Both the position numbers and the translations under genes were made by a program. Below, in pieces: positions 40,042 through 53,309 of a DNA stretch of 64,000 bases. Location: the NCBI RefSeq assembly GCF_964194155.1, contig NW_027596508.1, positions 124,001-188,000 of the forward strand, read 5' to 3'. Origin of the DNA: Cetorhinus maximus (taxonomy: Eukaryota). The notes below the pieces were generated by a model. The model was not told where the DNA came from. It was given only the letters and a program-made list of their open reading frames with translations, and did not search any database. Positions within the stretch are counted from its first letter, which is position 1; each line of letters begins with the position of its first letter.

Positions 40042-41315
40042 GCTCAAACCCACATCTGCGAACAGAAGGGAATCAGAATGTTGGCAGTTTTTACAGAGTG
40101 ATATTGTTGAGCTGAATGTTCACACTGGAAGGCTGTAAAGTTCCTCATTGAAGGATGAGCCGCTGCTCCTCGAGCGAACCTTGAGCTTCATCGGAACATT
40201 TTGTGACTGGAGTCAAACTCAAAATGCTGTCTCAATGACATCTCAAATAAAGCTGTCGGCTGCTTGAAAACACAGCAGTTAAACTTTCTGCCTGATCATG
40301 AGAGCGACTGTGACATTTACAAAACAAAATCATTTGATAAAATAGTTCAAAAACCATCAAGATTGAAATCCTATGAGGAAAAGTCAAGTTATTATGAGAA
40401 CTCTGCTGAGAAAGCTTCATTGGACAGCACAGAAATCAGGTGAAGAGTCTGAGTAAATCGACACCAGCGAACAAGTCAACATCAAAACTGAATCAACTCT
40501 TGTGAAGATCAGTGAGTAAAAGCTGAGTGCTCCGTGCACCATCAGCTCATCAAGTCGATGTATTGTCTGTATAAAGCGTTCTGTTTAGAACAGGATTTAT
40601 TGACCTGAGTTGAGCAGGCACGTTATTGCAGAACAAATAAGTCACCTCTAGATTTTCCTTTGAAAACATAGAAATTAGGAGCAAACTTCGAGTTTGTTGA
40701 TATATAGAATTGAAATAAACTGGAATTACAGTGCAAATGAATTGATATTCAAAATCAAACCTTACTTTCAGGTAAATTACGTGGAGCAATTAAAGTACAA
40801 ACAAGAACTCAAGTGACCTGTGAGCTCAAACACAGAGAGAGTAAATTTCAGAGTGAAGACTTAAAAAATTCAATTTTTTGCAAGTGAGGGTTAAGTTCAG
40901 AGGGGAAGGAGCTGCTGTGTAATTTTAACCGAGATACTGCAGCAAAAGTACAAGAGGGAAGGAGTGGAACTCTCTAAATAACGAGAAATTTAATTAAATA
41001 GACAATTCATTTCAGTGAAATGTTGGGACAGCTGAGAGCTGTTGCCTACACATCCTGTGCTCTGTGGGAATTCCAAATAAGTCTGATGATAATAGTCAGA
41101 TTCATAATACATTACAGAACCAAGCAGAATACAGAAAGTGCAGAGGAGAGATGGAAAAAGGAAATTAGATCAGAAGAGAGAGCGTTTGAGAAAAGATTTG
41201 CAGGTAACAACCGAAAACACAGAAGATTTTTTACCAGCCTAAGGGCAGTCACTGAAAGGGGGGCTGATTTGGAGATCCTGTGCGGGGAGAGGGCGTGGCT
41301 GACGTACTAAATGAG

Positions 41316-41810
41316 AACATACAAACAAACTAATTAGCAGCAGGATTGGGCCACTCAGCCCCTCGAGCCTGCTCCGCCATTCAGTAAGACCCTGCCTGAT
41401 CTGATTGTAACCTCAACCTCACATTCCTTCCTACCCCCAATAACCTTTCACCGCCCCCCCCCACCTTGTTAATCAGGAATCTATCTAACTCTGCCTTTAA
41501 AATATTCAAAGACTCTGCTTCCACCAGCTTTTGAGGAAGAGAGCTCCAAAGACGCTCGACCCTCGGATAGAAAAGAAACTCTGTCTGAAATGAGCGACCC
41601 CTTATTTGTAAACAGTGACCCCTAGTTCCAGATTCTGCTACAAGAGGAAACGTGCTCTCCATCTCCACCCTGTCAAATCCCTCAGGATCTTAAAGGTTTG
41701 AATCTAGTTGCCTCTTACTTTCCTGAACTCCAGGCGATACAAGCCTAACCTGTTCAACCTCACCACATAAGACAACCGGCCCATCCCTGGTATTTGCCTC
41801 GTAAACTTTG
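41316..41810 (-). mobile_element. CR1 LINE 3' end
   Basis: Translations RLNRLGLYRLEFRKVRG and FPLVAESGTRGHCLQIRG...RVERLWSSLPQKLVEAESLNILK.ELDRFL, followed by a CR1-type 3' UTR. Confidence 0.88.
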
Positions 41811-41849
41811 CAATAAACCTGTCATCACAAAACAAGCGGATGCTGCTAA

Positions 41850-42440
41850 TGTCATTGGTGGGGAAATTGGATAGGATGAAAATAGATAAAGTGGAAGCTA
41901 TCACAAGGCTGGCACTGCTCACAGCAGAAAAGCTGCTCGATCCGCATCGGATACACCTTGGATTACTGAGGGAATGAAGGGTGGAAATAGCGGAGACTCG
42001 AGCCACAATCTTTCAATCCTTCTTGGATATGGGAGTGAAGCCAAACAACTGCAGATTGTTCATGTTACATCCGTGTTTAAAATGGAGAGGGATAAACCCA
42101 GTAACTACAGAGCAGTTAGTCTCATGCTGGTGGTGGGGAAACATTTAAAGACAATAATCCAGAACAAAATTCATTGTCACTCGGTAGAACATGAGTTGAT
42201 AAATGATAACCAGCACAGATTGGTTAACAGAAAATCAGCACTGAAATACTTAATAAAGCTCTTTGATGACGTGTCAGAGAACATTGACCAGGGAAGTGAG
42301 GATGATGATGTATGTCTGGACTTCCAAAGGGATTTGAAAAAGTCCCACATAATGAACTTGGTAAAATTCCAGCAGCTGGGATTAAAGGGGCAGCGACAGC
42401 ATGGATACAAAATAAAATAAGGGACAAAAAGTGTAAAGTA
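41850..42440 (+). mobile_element. CR1 LINE RT fragment, followed by a Penelope-type repeat fragment at ~42446-42548
   Basis: Translation RDKPSNYRAVSL...NQHRLV...LDFQ. Confidence 0.8.
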
Positions 42441-43892
42441 GTGGCGAGCTCTGAAGAAGAGTCATACGGACTCAAACATTAACTCTGTTCCTCTCTGCAC
42501 AGATGCTGCCAGGGCCGCTGAGTTTTTATAGCATTTTCTGTTTTATTATAAATTTTAATAACTTCCAGCCTATATCTAGTTTGCTGATAACACTAGGTTA
42601 GGTGACATGGTTATTAGTGTATGTGGGAGCAGCAAGTTTCAAAGGGCCATTGACAGATTCAGTGAGTGAATAAAACTGTGGCCGGTGGTGGTCAACACTG
42701 GGAAGAATGAGGTCATCCACCTTGAACAAAAGAAAGATCCGAGAACTTCTTAAACAGTCAGAAACTTGGGACTATGCCAGAGGAGCTGAGAGTTAGAGCT
42801 GAGTGAGACCGGAGGGTGGAGAAAGAGTCTGCATAGATATGTAGATGTTCAAGTAAGTGGGGATAAAATGGAAGTACAATGTAGTAAAATGTCAGGTTGC
42901 CCACTTCTGCAAGAAGCATAGGAGAGAGGAATATTACTGAGATGCAGAGAGACTGCAGAATCCTGTGGTACAGAGGGATCCTTGTACAAGAATTACAAAA
43001 AATGTTTAGATGACATTGCAGAATGCTGCAGTACAGATGGATATGGGTGCCGCTGTATAAGAATCATTGAAAAAAAGTTATCATTTAGGTGCATCAAATA
43101 CTTAGGAGGGCAGGTGGAATGTTGGTCTTAATTGCAAGGGGACTGGAATAGAAAAGCGGAGAAGCCTTGCTGCAGCTGTACAGGACATTGGCGAGACCAC
43201 ACCTAGAATAATGGGTGCTGATTTGGCCTGATTACTGAAGGATGGATATACTTGCATTGAAGACAGTTCCCGAGAAAGGTGACTGGGATATTCCCTTGGC
43301 TGAGGGGGTTTTCTAACGAGGAAGGGTTGATAAGGTTGGATCTAGACTCACCGGAATTTCGAATGACTTAACAATATGATAGTGAATGAGCATCTGGCAA
43401 TGAGTGATTGCAATATGTTAGAGACAGACATTCAGTTCGAGCAGAAAGGTCGCATACATGCTGGTTATCATCTCAAGTAAGGCCAATAAGGATGGAATGC
43501 GCGGTAAACTGAGCACGTTAAATTCCCATCAGCTATTAACAGGTACAACAAGACAGGAAACAATCAGAGGCACTCAAATAATAATTTAGTGTAATCTGTA
43601 CCGAAGGAATGAAACTTTTATGATAATTATGGTTAATTATTATGATTAATATTATTAATAACGGGGATGGAATTCCATAAATTAAACCAGTGATTAAGAA
43701 GGAATGACAATTTCTGTCCAGATAATGATGAACTGTGTATTTGGTGCGATGCTGTCTCCGCTATGCTGATGGTTTTGTCCTTCTCGGTGGTTCATGTCTC
43801 AGGGAGGACGCTGCTGTTCAAATAAAGATGGCGAATTACTGCAGGGTGTCCTATAGATCGGAAAACCTGCGGCTAAGTTCCCCTCCGAGTCA

Positions 43893-44100
43893 CTCATCAT
43901 CCTGACTTGTAAATATATCGCCGTTCCTTCACTGTCGCTGGGTCAAAATCCTGGAATTTCCTTCCTAACAGCACTGTGGGTGTACCTACACCACACGGAA
44001 TGCAGCGGTTCAAGAAATCAGCCACCACCACCTTCTCAAGGGCAACTCGGGATGGGCAAAAAATTCCGGCCCAGTCAGCGAAGCCGACATCCCGTGAATT
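43893..44100 (+). mobile_element. 3' end of an L2-like LINE
   Basis: ATCGCCGTTCCTTCACTGTCGCTGGGTCAAAATCCTGGAA...CACCACCACCTTCTCAAGGGCAA.T.GGGATGGGCAA...CATCCCGTGAAT. Confidence 0.65.
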
Positions 44101-44416
44101 ACCTTTAAAAATTATGACCTTCACGATGTTGTTTCCATCTAAGAGGATAGTTTTTTGTATTCGGATAATCATACAGTGATAGTGAAGAGGAGGTGGCCAC
44201 TCCGGCCATTTGCGTCTGTGCCAGTTCTTTGGGGTCAATGGGCTGAGGGAATCGGCTCGGATGAGTTCACAGTATTTGCAGCTTGTGTCCCTCTGTGAAT
44301 AAATGCCATATCAGAGATTTGTTGAAGATTGCATTTTTGCAGGAAGCTGATGTAAATAACGGACATGCTTGTGGGTAACAGGAAGTACTCCCTTTTGACA
44401 TTAATGAGAATGTAAA

Positions 44417-44488
44417 TAGCAGAGGATGGTTTCGATCCATCGACCTCTGGGTTATGGGCCCAGCACGCTTCCGCTGCGCCACTCTGCT
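44417..44488 (-). tRNA. Initiator tRNA-Met(CAT), intact
   Basis: The minus strand reads AGCAGAGTGGCGCAGCGGAAGCGTGCTGGGCCCATAACCCAGAGGTCGATGGATCGAAACCATCCTCTGCTA, with A1:T72, three G:C anticodon-stem pairs and A54/A60. Confidence 0.99.
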
Positions 44489-44708
44489 GCTTAGTCTTTT
44501 AATGTCTACTGTTCCATTATGGTGTTAAAGTGTTTCACATGTTTAGAATATATTTCCTGCTGTGGAATTATGCTCTCTGGTGTTGAGAAATGTTCTTTGT
44601 TGTTGTGTAAAATGCTTCCCTGCAGTACAAACGTGTTCCCGGTTGTATAAATATGATGGCCGAGCCAGCGAATCTCATATCCATTGAATTTAAAAAAAGT
44701 TCCGCTGT

Positions 44709-44742
44709 TGCACTTCTCAGCTCTGGCCAGTAGATGTCAGCA
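44709..44742 (+). promoter_or_regulatory. CTCF-like motif in a ~150-bp segment that is an inverted paralogue of 12926-13086
   Basis: TGCACTTCT-CAGCTC-TGGCCAGTAGATGTCAGCA, about 235 bp upstream of tRNA-iMet. Confidence 0.55.
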
Positions 44743-46769
44743 CACTCAGAGAGCGACAGGACAGACAAGAACCGTTCACATTTTATTGGACGGCGAAGGG
44801 AGGTATTTGGAATTACGAACGGTGAAGATGACATTTCATAATATTTTGTTATACCAAGCAGAAGTTATAATGTTGTGCTGAAACCAACAGACCGTTGTTT
44901 TGTATTTGAGAGTGAGATACATTCTTCACTGCCCTTTTCTGGCTCATTTTGTGAATGTGGGATTCAATATCTATGTCACTCACTGGTACTGTGTGAAACT
45001 GAGAGACATTCTGAAGCTGTCAGTCTTGGTTACTGTATGTGAGTGTGGAGACATTATCAGTGGAACTGCCAATATGTTTGGATTTATTCTGACAGTCACT
45101 CTCTTGGACAGTATATTTGTGTTATATTCCATTCCTATCTGTATCAGTATTTTCTGATACTGAGAGAGGTGGGTTACATTCTGAAACTGTCAGTGGAACT
45201 GTATGTGGAAGGATTTTGCTCTATCAGTCAGCTTCTGGAGCTGAAAGTGAGTGTTGGAGTCATTCTATGTCTCTCATTCTCTGGTACAATATATGTGTGT
45301 CATATTCAGTCTGCATATTGTATTTTCTGGTATTGTATGAGTGTCTGGACATTTTTTGAGCCTGCCAGTAGAACTGCAGGTGTGCAAGTGTTTTGTTCTC
45401 AGTGTGAGATGTGGGATTCATTCTGCATTTGTCTGTCTCTGGTGCTGTCTGTCTATTGGGCAGTTTGTCCGTGCCTGGTAACGTACAGGGTTTGTCCAGT
45501 AGTTCACCATGTCCAGTTTTCTGTGTGAATGTGGGGTGTATTTTATTGTTCTCAATCTTTGATGTTGCTTATGACTCTGGGATTAATTCTGGATTTGTAC
45601 TCAATAGTTATCTCAGGCATGGTGTTGTAAATGATTCCCATCTTAATACCTGTCAGGAAGGAAACCTCTCATCCCAATCCTTACCCAATTTGGCTTATGT
45701 GTGATCTTAGAACCAATCACAATAATCAGGTTAACCCTGAGCTGCAGTCTACAATGTGAAATAAATGGCTTTGCCGACCACTCTTGAGATACCTATTAAA
45801 TACAGCTATGGAAGTAAAGTACCCTCACATACAGCTCCCAAGTCACATAGATAGAGTACGAATCCCACTTTCACACACAGTTCCAGTAACCGAGTGATAT
45901 ACAATTAATCCCACAGTAACTCTCTGCCCCAGATGTAGACACATATTAAAATACATTATTCCAAATTCCCATTCAGTACCAGATGCTGACAAATACAGAA
46001 TGAACCCTGCACACACATACAGACACACACAAAGATAGTGACTGATACAGGATGTGACACAAATTCACATGCAGTACCAGGGAATAACAGTTAAATATTA
46101 AATCCCGCCATCAATTCCAGTACCGGAAAATAATGCACACAAAATGAATGTTACTGACATTCATTAACAGAGATTGTAAGATACGGAATGAATCCCATAG
46201 CCCTGTTCAGTTCCGGATACTGACAGATGCAGAATTAATTGCAACTACTCGCACTGAAAAACACAGTTAGATCCACATTCACATGGAATATAAAACACTG
46301 GCAGATGTTGAATGAATCTCAAGCTGACAGTCAGTACCAGATACTGATGGGAAAAAAAAATCACTCACTCTTATTCAGAGTGGGAGACTAATAGAAAAAT
46401 AAAAGGATATTCATACTCAGATAGAGTACCAGAGACTGACTTGCAGAACCCGAACCACTCATACATCATACCAAAGAATGAAATACACCAAATAATTCAC
46501 TCACTAAGGGGCAATATCATAGCAAACAAAATAAGGTCAGAGGCCTGACCTTCTACCTAACTAGATTTTCCTGCCTACACCCCATATCCATTGATTCACT
46601 GAATAACCTGTCTGCATCATCCTTAAATATATTCATGGATGAAGCATCCATATTTCACTAGGACAGAGAAGTATTAATATTCACACGCTGAGAGTGCAGA
46701 ATTTCTCCAAATTTCAGTCCAAAATGATTAACCCCTTATGCTGACATTGTGCCCACATGTTCTAGATTC

Positions 46770-48540
46770 AGGGGAATCGATAATGGAAAGTAGGGAAATG
46801 GTGGGTGAATTAAACAGGTATTTTGCTTCGTTCTTCACTGTAGAGGACACAAGTAACATCCCAGAAATAGCTGTAAATCAGGAAATGGAAGGGAGGGAGG
46901 AACTTGGGGAAAATTACAATCACCAGGGAAGTGGTATTGAGCAAATAGTTGGGGCTGCGGGCTGACAAATCCCCAGGTCCGGATGTGCTTCACCCGAAGG
47001 TCTAGAAAGAAGTGGTTAGTGAGATTGTTTATGCACTGGTTTTAATTTGCCAAACTTCCTTAGATTCAGGGAAGGTTCCATTAGATTTGAAAATAGCAAA
47101 CATAACTCCTTCATTCAAAAAGGGAGGGACACAGAAAGCTGAAAACTATAGGCCAGTTAGCCTAACATCTGTCACAGGGAACATTTTAGAAGCTATTAAG
47201 GAAGTTATAGCAGGGCACTTAGAAAAATTCAAGGGTCAACATGGCTTTGTGAAAGGGACATCATGTCTAACCATTTTAATTGAGTTCTTTGAAGGAGTCA
47301 CATGTGCTGTGGATGAAGGGGAACCAGTCCATGAACTGTACCTAGATTTCAAGAAGGTATTTGATGAAGTGCCACATCAAAGGTTATTGCATTAAATAAA
47401 AGCTCATGGTGAAGGGGGTAACATATTGGCATGGATAGAAGATTGGCTAGCTAATGGTGCAGAGAGTTGGCATAAATGGGTCTTTTTATGGTTGGCAGGA
47501 TATGATGAGTGGTGTGCCACAGGGATCAGTGCTGGGACCCCAGCTTTTTACAATTTATATAAATGACCTGGATGAAGGGACCGGAGGAATGTTTGCTAAA
47601 TTTGCTGATGAGACAAAGTTGGTAGAAAAGTAAATTGTGAAGAGGACACAAGGAGGCTACAAAGTGACATAGATAGATTTCGTGAGTGGGCAAAGATCTG
47701 GCAAATGGAGTATAAGGTCAGCAAATGTGAAATCTTTCCTTTTGGCCAGGAAGAATAAAAAATAAGCTTATTATCTAAATGGTGCGAGATTGCAGAGCTC
47801 TGAGATTCAGAGGGGTCTGGGTGTCCTGGTGCATGAATCACAAAAGGTGAGTATGCAGGTAGAGCAGGTAATTAGGAAAGCTAATACAATGTTATCATTT
47901 ATTGTGAGGGAAATTGATTACAAAAGTAGGGAGGCTGTGCTTGAGTTGTACACGGCATTGCTGAGACCTCTTCAGAAGTATTGTATACAGTACTGGTCTC
48001 CTTATTTAAAGGGAAATGTACATATGTTAGAAGTAGTTCAGAGAGGGTTTACTAGACTAATACCAGGAAAGGGAGGGGTTGTCCTATGAGGAAAGGCAGG
48101 ACAGGTTAGGCTTGTATCCACTGGAATTTAGAATAGTAAGAGGTGATTCAATTGAAACCTTTAAGGTCCTGAGGGGTATTGACAGGGTGGATGTGGAGAG
48201 GATGTTTCCTCTTGTGGGAAAATCTAGAACTACGGGTCACTGTTTAAAAATAAGGGGTCACTCATTTAAGAGAGATATGAGGAGAATGTTTTCTCTCAGA
48301 GGGTTGAGAAGCTTTGGAACTGTCTTCCTCAAACGGCAGTGAAAGCAGGGTCTTTGAATATTTTTAAGACAGAGCTAGATAGTTTCTTGATTAACAAGGG
48401 GGTGAATGGTTATCGGGGAAGGCAGGAATGTGGGGTTGAGGTTACATTCAGATCAGCCATGAGCTTACTGAATGGCGGAGCAGGCTCGAGGGGCCGGGTG
48501 GCCGACTCCTGCTCCGAATTCATATGTATGTCCGTATTCC
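46770..48540 (+). mobile_element. 5'-truncated CR1 LINE (RT domain to 3' UTR), frameshifted
   Basis: Translations ENYRPVSLTS, QHGFVKG.SCLT.LIEFFE, YLDFKK.FD.VPH, SGVPQGSVLGP.LFTIYINDL and RLGLYPLEFR..RGD.IE; tail CATATGTATG. Confidence 0.95.
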
Positions 48541-50329
48541 ATAGCCAAGACAAACAACCTCTCAGTGTCTAACCTGTCAAGCTCCATTGTAATCCTGCAC
48601 GCGTGGATGAGATCACTTCTACTTCCAATAACCAGAGAATATGAAAACAATTTACACTGCTTCTCATCATTGGACAAACGTCTCATCACAGCGACCAATT
48701 ATTTTATGGCCTCCAATGTAAATATATCCTTCCTTAGATATGGAGACAAAAAACAGTGCCAAATGCTGCATGTGTGGTCTCAGCAAAGCCGTATGGAAGT
48801 GTAGTAAGTCTTCCTTACTGTTGTACTCCAATCCCCTTGTCATAAAGTCTAACATGCTAGCTGCCTTCCACATTGATTTCTGGATGCTATCTTCCCATGA
48901 TCCATATACAAGTTCACTCAAATCTCTCTGAACATCAGGATTTACAATTTCACCTGGAGAACAACAGACTGTCAGACACAAAAATAATACAATGCTCACA
49001 GGCAGTAATGGAGACTGACAGGTTGAGAGTGTTTTTCATATTGACAGTGTCACAGATTGGCAGATACAAAATGTATGAAATATTATCAAAGAGTGCCAAG
49101 GACTAACAGTCGGAAAATGACTGCCAGACTCACAAAGATCACGTTTCAGAGTGAAACAAATTCAATGTCATGCTGACATAGGCCAGGAGAGACGAGAAAC
49201 TGATGTACAGAATTAATGTAATCCTGACACAGGACTGGCGAGTGATAATTAAATAACCAATCACACACTCAGGTAAAGCACCAGAGATGGACAAACCCAG
49301 TAAAGCCAGAGGGATAAACCCAGTAACTACAGAGCAGTTAGTCTAATGCTGGTGGTGGGGAAAGGTTTAGAGTCAATAATCCAGGAGAAAATTCATTGTC
49401 ACTTGGTGGAACATGGGTTGATAAATGACAGCCAGCACAGATTGGTTAACAGAAAATCATGACTGAAATACATAATGAAGTTATTTGATGAAGTTTCAGA
49501 CAACATTGACCAGGGGAGTGAATTTGATGATGTGTGTCCAGACTTGCAAAAGGGTTTGCAAAAATCCCACATCATAGATTTGTTAGTAAAATTCAAGCAG
49601 ATGGGAAACAGGGGCAGTGGCAGCATGGTTACAGAATTGAATAAGGGGAAGAAAGGATAAAGTGGTGGTGAGTGGTGTGTTTTTCAGGGTGGAGGGATAC
49701 ATACACAACTGATTCTCTGTCACGTCAGGCGGCTGTTCTATTCCCATTCCCAGAGCTCTTTTACATTTTAATAACTTCCAGACTATATCCAAGTTTGCTG
49801 ATGACACTAGGTTAGGTGACATGGTTAGAAGTGTAGGTGGGAGCAGCAAGTTTCAAAGCATCACTGACAGATTCAGTGAGTGAAAAAAACCGTGGCCGAT
49901 GGTGGTCAACATGAGATCATCCATCTTGGAGCAAAGGTCAGAGAATTTCCTAAACAGTCAGAAACGTGGGACTGTGGAGGAGCCGAGAGTGAGGGTGAGA
50001 GCTGAGTGAGACTGGAGGGTGGATAAAGAGCAGCGGCAGAGCAGCCCGAGAGCAGCAGTGAGAGAGAGAAGGAGGGAAGAGTGACGGGGGGGGGGGAATA
50101 AAGAGCTGTGAGGGAGGGGTTGGAGCAAACCGGCCATGGTTAAAATAAATAGTCAGAGCATGAAAAATAGGAGCTGGAAAATTAAACATTACAATCAGGG
50201 TAAGTATAACAGTAAGTGTAAGTATAATAAGAGTATTAGTGCAGAGCAGGTCGGCATTTAATAAAATTAATAATTTAAACAAGGTACTAATTAGATTCTA
50301 AAAGAGGGAATAGAGGTTTATTTTCAGTC

Positions 50330-52590
50330 ATGGATGGGCAGCTGTGACCTGTTGTTTGCAGTTCCTGCCCCATGTGGGAACCTCAGGACACTTCATGTGT
50401 CTTGAGGGCCACATGTGCAGAAAGTGTCTCCAGCTGCTTGAGCTCGAGCTCAGGATTTCCGAGCTTGAAGGGCAGCTGGAGTCACTGTGGAGAATCAGGG
50501 AGGATGAGAGTTTCCTGGATCGTACGTTCCAGGAGGTGAACACTCCAAACGGAAAGAGAGGGTTCAGGATAGTAGATGGGTGGCCATCGAAAGAGTAGGA
50601 AGAGGCAGAAAGAGCAGGAGTCTTCAGGTATGTGCCACTGTCAAACCGGTATTCAGCATTGGAGACTGCTGGGAATGGTGACACCCTGAAGGAGTGCAGT
50701 CCAGACCATGGCATCAATGGGCAAGAAACTGCACAGGAGGGAACAGCAAAGAGTAGAAACGCAGTCATTATTGGAGATTTCATAGTCAGGGGGACAGACA
50801 GGCATTTCTGTCACCGTCATTGAGAGTCCCACATGATGTGTAGTCTCCTTGGTGCCAGGGTAAAGGACATCACGGGGAGGGTGCAGAATATTCTGCAGGG
50901 GGAAGGGAGTGAGCCAGAGGTTGTGGTACACGTCAGTATCAATGGCACAGGGAGGACAGGTATTGAGGTCCCTCAGTCAGAATTCCAGCAGCTAGGGAGG
51001 TAGTTAAAAAGTAGGACCTCAAAGGGAGTAATCTCGGGATTACTGCCAGTGCCACGTGCTAGTGAGAGTAGAAATGTGAAGATAGGGAACATCAATATGT
51101 GGCTTGAGGCTGGTGCAGGAGGGAGTGATTCAGGTTCTTGGGACATTGGGACAAGTTCTGGGACAGGAAACACCTAATCAAAAGGAACAGGTTGCACCTT
51201 AACAAGACTGGGACCAATGTCTTCATGGATAGGCTCACTCGAGTGGTTGGGGAGGGTTTGAATTAAATTGGCAGGGGGGGTGGGCATCAGTATATCGAAG
51301 TAGAAAAGAAAAATAACTAGAGAAGGAAATAGGACCATATAAAATAGGAGTAGATGAAGAAGGATTCTAAGAGAAATACAAGGACAGGTTTAGAATGCAT
51401 GTGTGTAATCGCACAAAGTGTGGTGAATAATGTCGCTGAGCTAGAAGCACAAATAACCATGTGGGAAAATGATGTAGAGACAATGACAAAAACATGGTTT
51501 AAAAATGGTGAGGACTGATGCTTAATATTCACTGATACAAACTGTTCAGAAAATATAGAGAAGGGAAAAAAGGAAGTGGGTTAGCGGGACTGATTAAGGG
51601 AATCACTGTAATATTGGGAAGAGACAATGTCCTTGACCGGAAATGGGCAGAATTCATTTGTTAGAGCTGAGAAATAATCAGGGAATGATCAGACTCATGG
51701 GGATATTAAATCGGCCTCCAAATAGTGAGAGAGAGATAGAGGGGCAAATCTGCAGGGAAATCACAGAGGTGTCTAAGAACATAGGAAGATATGAATTAGG
51801 AGCAGGAGGAGGCCACTTGGCCCCACGAGCCTGCTCCACTATTCAATGAGATTATGGCTGATCTGACTGTAACCTCAACTCCACATTCGTGCCTGCCCGT
51901 GATAAGACTTCACCTCCCCCCCACACCCTTGCCTATCGAGAACCTATCAACCTCTGCCTTAAAAATATTCGATGACTCTGCTTCCAGCACCATTGAGGAC
52001 GAGAGTCCAAAAGACTCAAGACCCTGTCAGAGAAAAAAAATTCTCATCTGTCTTAAATGGGCAACCCCTTATTTTTAAACAGCGACAAGAGCTGTAGAGT
52101 GGTGATATCCAGGGGTCTCTGAAATGTGTTCAATAGACCTTCCTCGGCCAGAATGTTCTCAGTCCAGTTAGGAAGGAGGCATTGCTGGATCTGGTGCTGG
52201 GGAATGAGGTGGGCCAAGGTTGGCCAAGTGAACCAAGTGTCTGTGGGTGAACCCTTGGGTAAGAGTGATCATCGTATCACAAGCTTGAGATGAGCAAGGA
52301 GCAATCAAAAGTAGAACTTCTAAATTGGAAAAGGACTAACTTCAATGTGAGGAGAGGGGGTTTAGCCAAAGTAAAATGGAACCAAAGACTGACAGGGACA
52401 TCTGTAACAGAGCAATGAGTGATCTTTCAGGAGGAGATGTTTCAGGTACAGACTAGGTACATTCCAATGAGGGGGGAAAGGGAGGGTAACCTAAGCCAGA
52501 GCTCCTTTGATGAAGAAGAAAATAGTAAATATAATGAAACAATGAAAAGACTGTATGATGCATGTCAGGTGAATTCTTCAAGCGAGAACC
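50330..52590 (+). mobile_element. CR1 LINE 5' part: ORF1 (zinc finger/leucine zipper plus SGNH esterase) and ORF2 endonuclease remnant, with a nested minus-strand CR1 3' fragment at ~51775-52085
   Basis: Translations HMCRKCLQLLELELRISELEGQLESL, PLSNRYSAL, VIIGDFIVRGTDRHFC, RPPNS and LLDLVLGNE...LG.SDH. Confidence 0.88.
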
Positions 52591-52599
52591 TGGTAACTT

Positions 52600-53290
52600 T
52601 TATTGTACAAGAGTGTGGAATTAACTCTCTATCTGTCTATCTCTGTTATTGTATGTGAATCGAGAATTAACTAATTTCAAGTATCTGTCAATCTGTACAT
52701 GAGTGCACAATTACCTCTCTATCCGTCAGTCTCTGTTACTGCATTTCTGGGTGGAATTACTTCTCTGTCCATCTTGTTAGTGTATGTGAGGGGGAATTAA
52801 TTCTGTCTCTGTTATTCTTTATGACTGTTTGTGAGTGGGGCAGTAATTCTCTGTTTCTCTCTATTATTGCATGTGAGAGTGGAATTAACTGTCAGTCTTT
52901 GTTACTGTATATGAGGGCAGCATTATCTCTTTCTCAGTCTCTATTGCCGTAATTGAATATGGAATTAACTCTCTCTCAGTTTCTGTGACTGTACATGAGT
53001 GCACAACTAACTCTACATTAGTCTCCGTTACTTTATGTGTGTGTGGAATTATTTCTCTATCTGTTGGTCTCTGTTACTGTATGACAGCCTGGAATTAACT
53101 CTCAATCGTTTTGTCTCCATTACTGTGTGTCAATGTGGCACAAACATTGTCAATCTGTTACTGTGTGTGAGTGCAGAATTAATACTCTATCAATCAATGT
53201 TACACTACGTGTGTGTCGAAATCACTCTCTGTCAATCTATAATAATGTGTGTAATTAACTCTCTGTCTGTCAGTCTCTGTTACTCTATGG
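52600..53290. repeat. Degenerate ~40-46 bp satellite (GTGTGGAATTAACTCTCTGTCAGTCTCTGTTACTGTAT-like); continues between LINE insertions to ~57450
   Basis: GGAATTAACTCT and TCTCTGTTACTG motifs recur at ~40 bp spacing. Confidence 0.7.
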
Positions 53291-53309
53291 CAGTGAGTCA
53301 ATTTCAGGG

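Larger units (their letters stand above)
27520..40200. repeat. Tandem array B of ~5.2 kb tRNA units (Phe, Tyr, Pro, Ser); first and last units partial
   Basis: ATCTGCGAACAGAAGGGAATCAGAATG recurs at ~27538, 29498, 34625 and 40054. The tRNA-Ser copies are 5168 bp apart and the tRNA-Pro copies 5160 bp apart. Confidence 0.93.

Noticed and set aside
46738-48342. Host protein-coding gene made of several adjacent ORFs
   Set aside because: These are frameshifted pieces of one CR1 reverse transcriptase.
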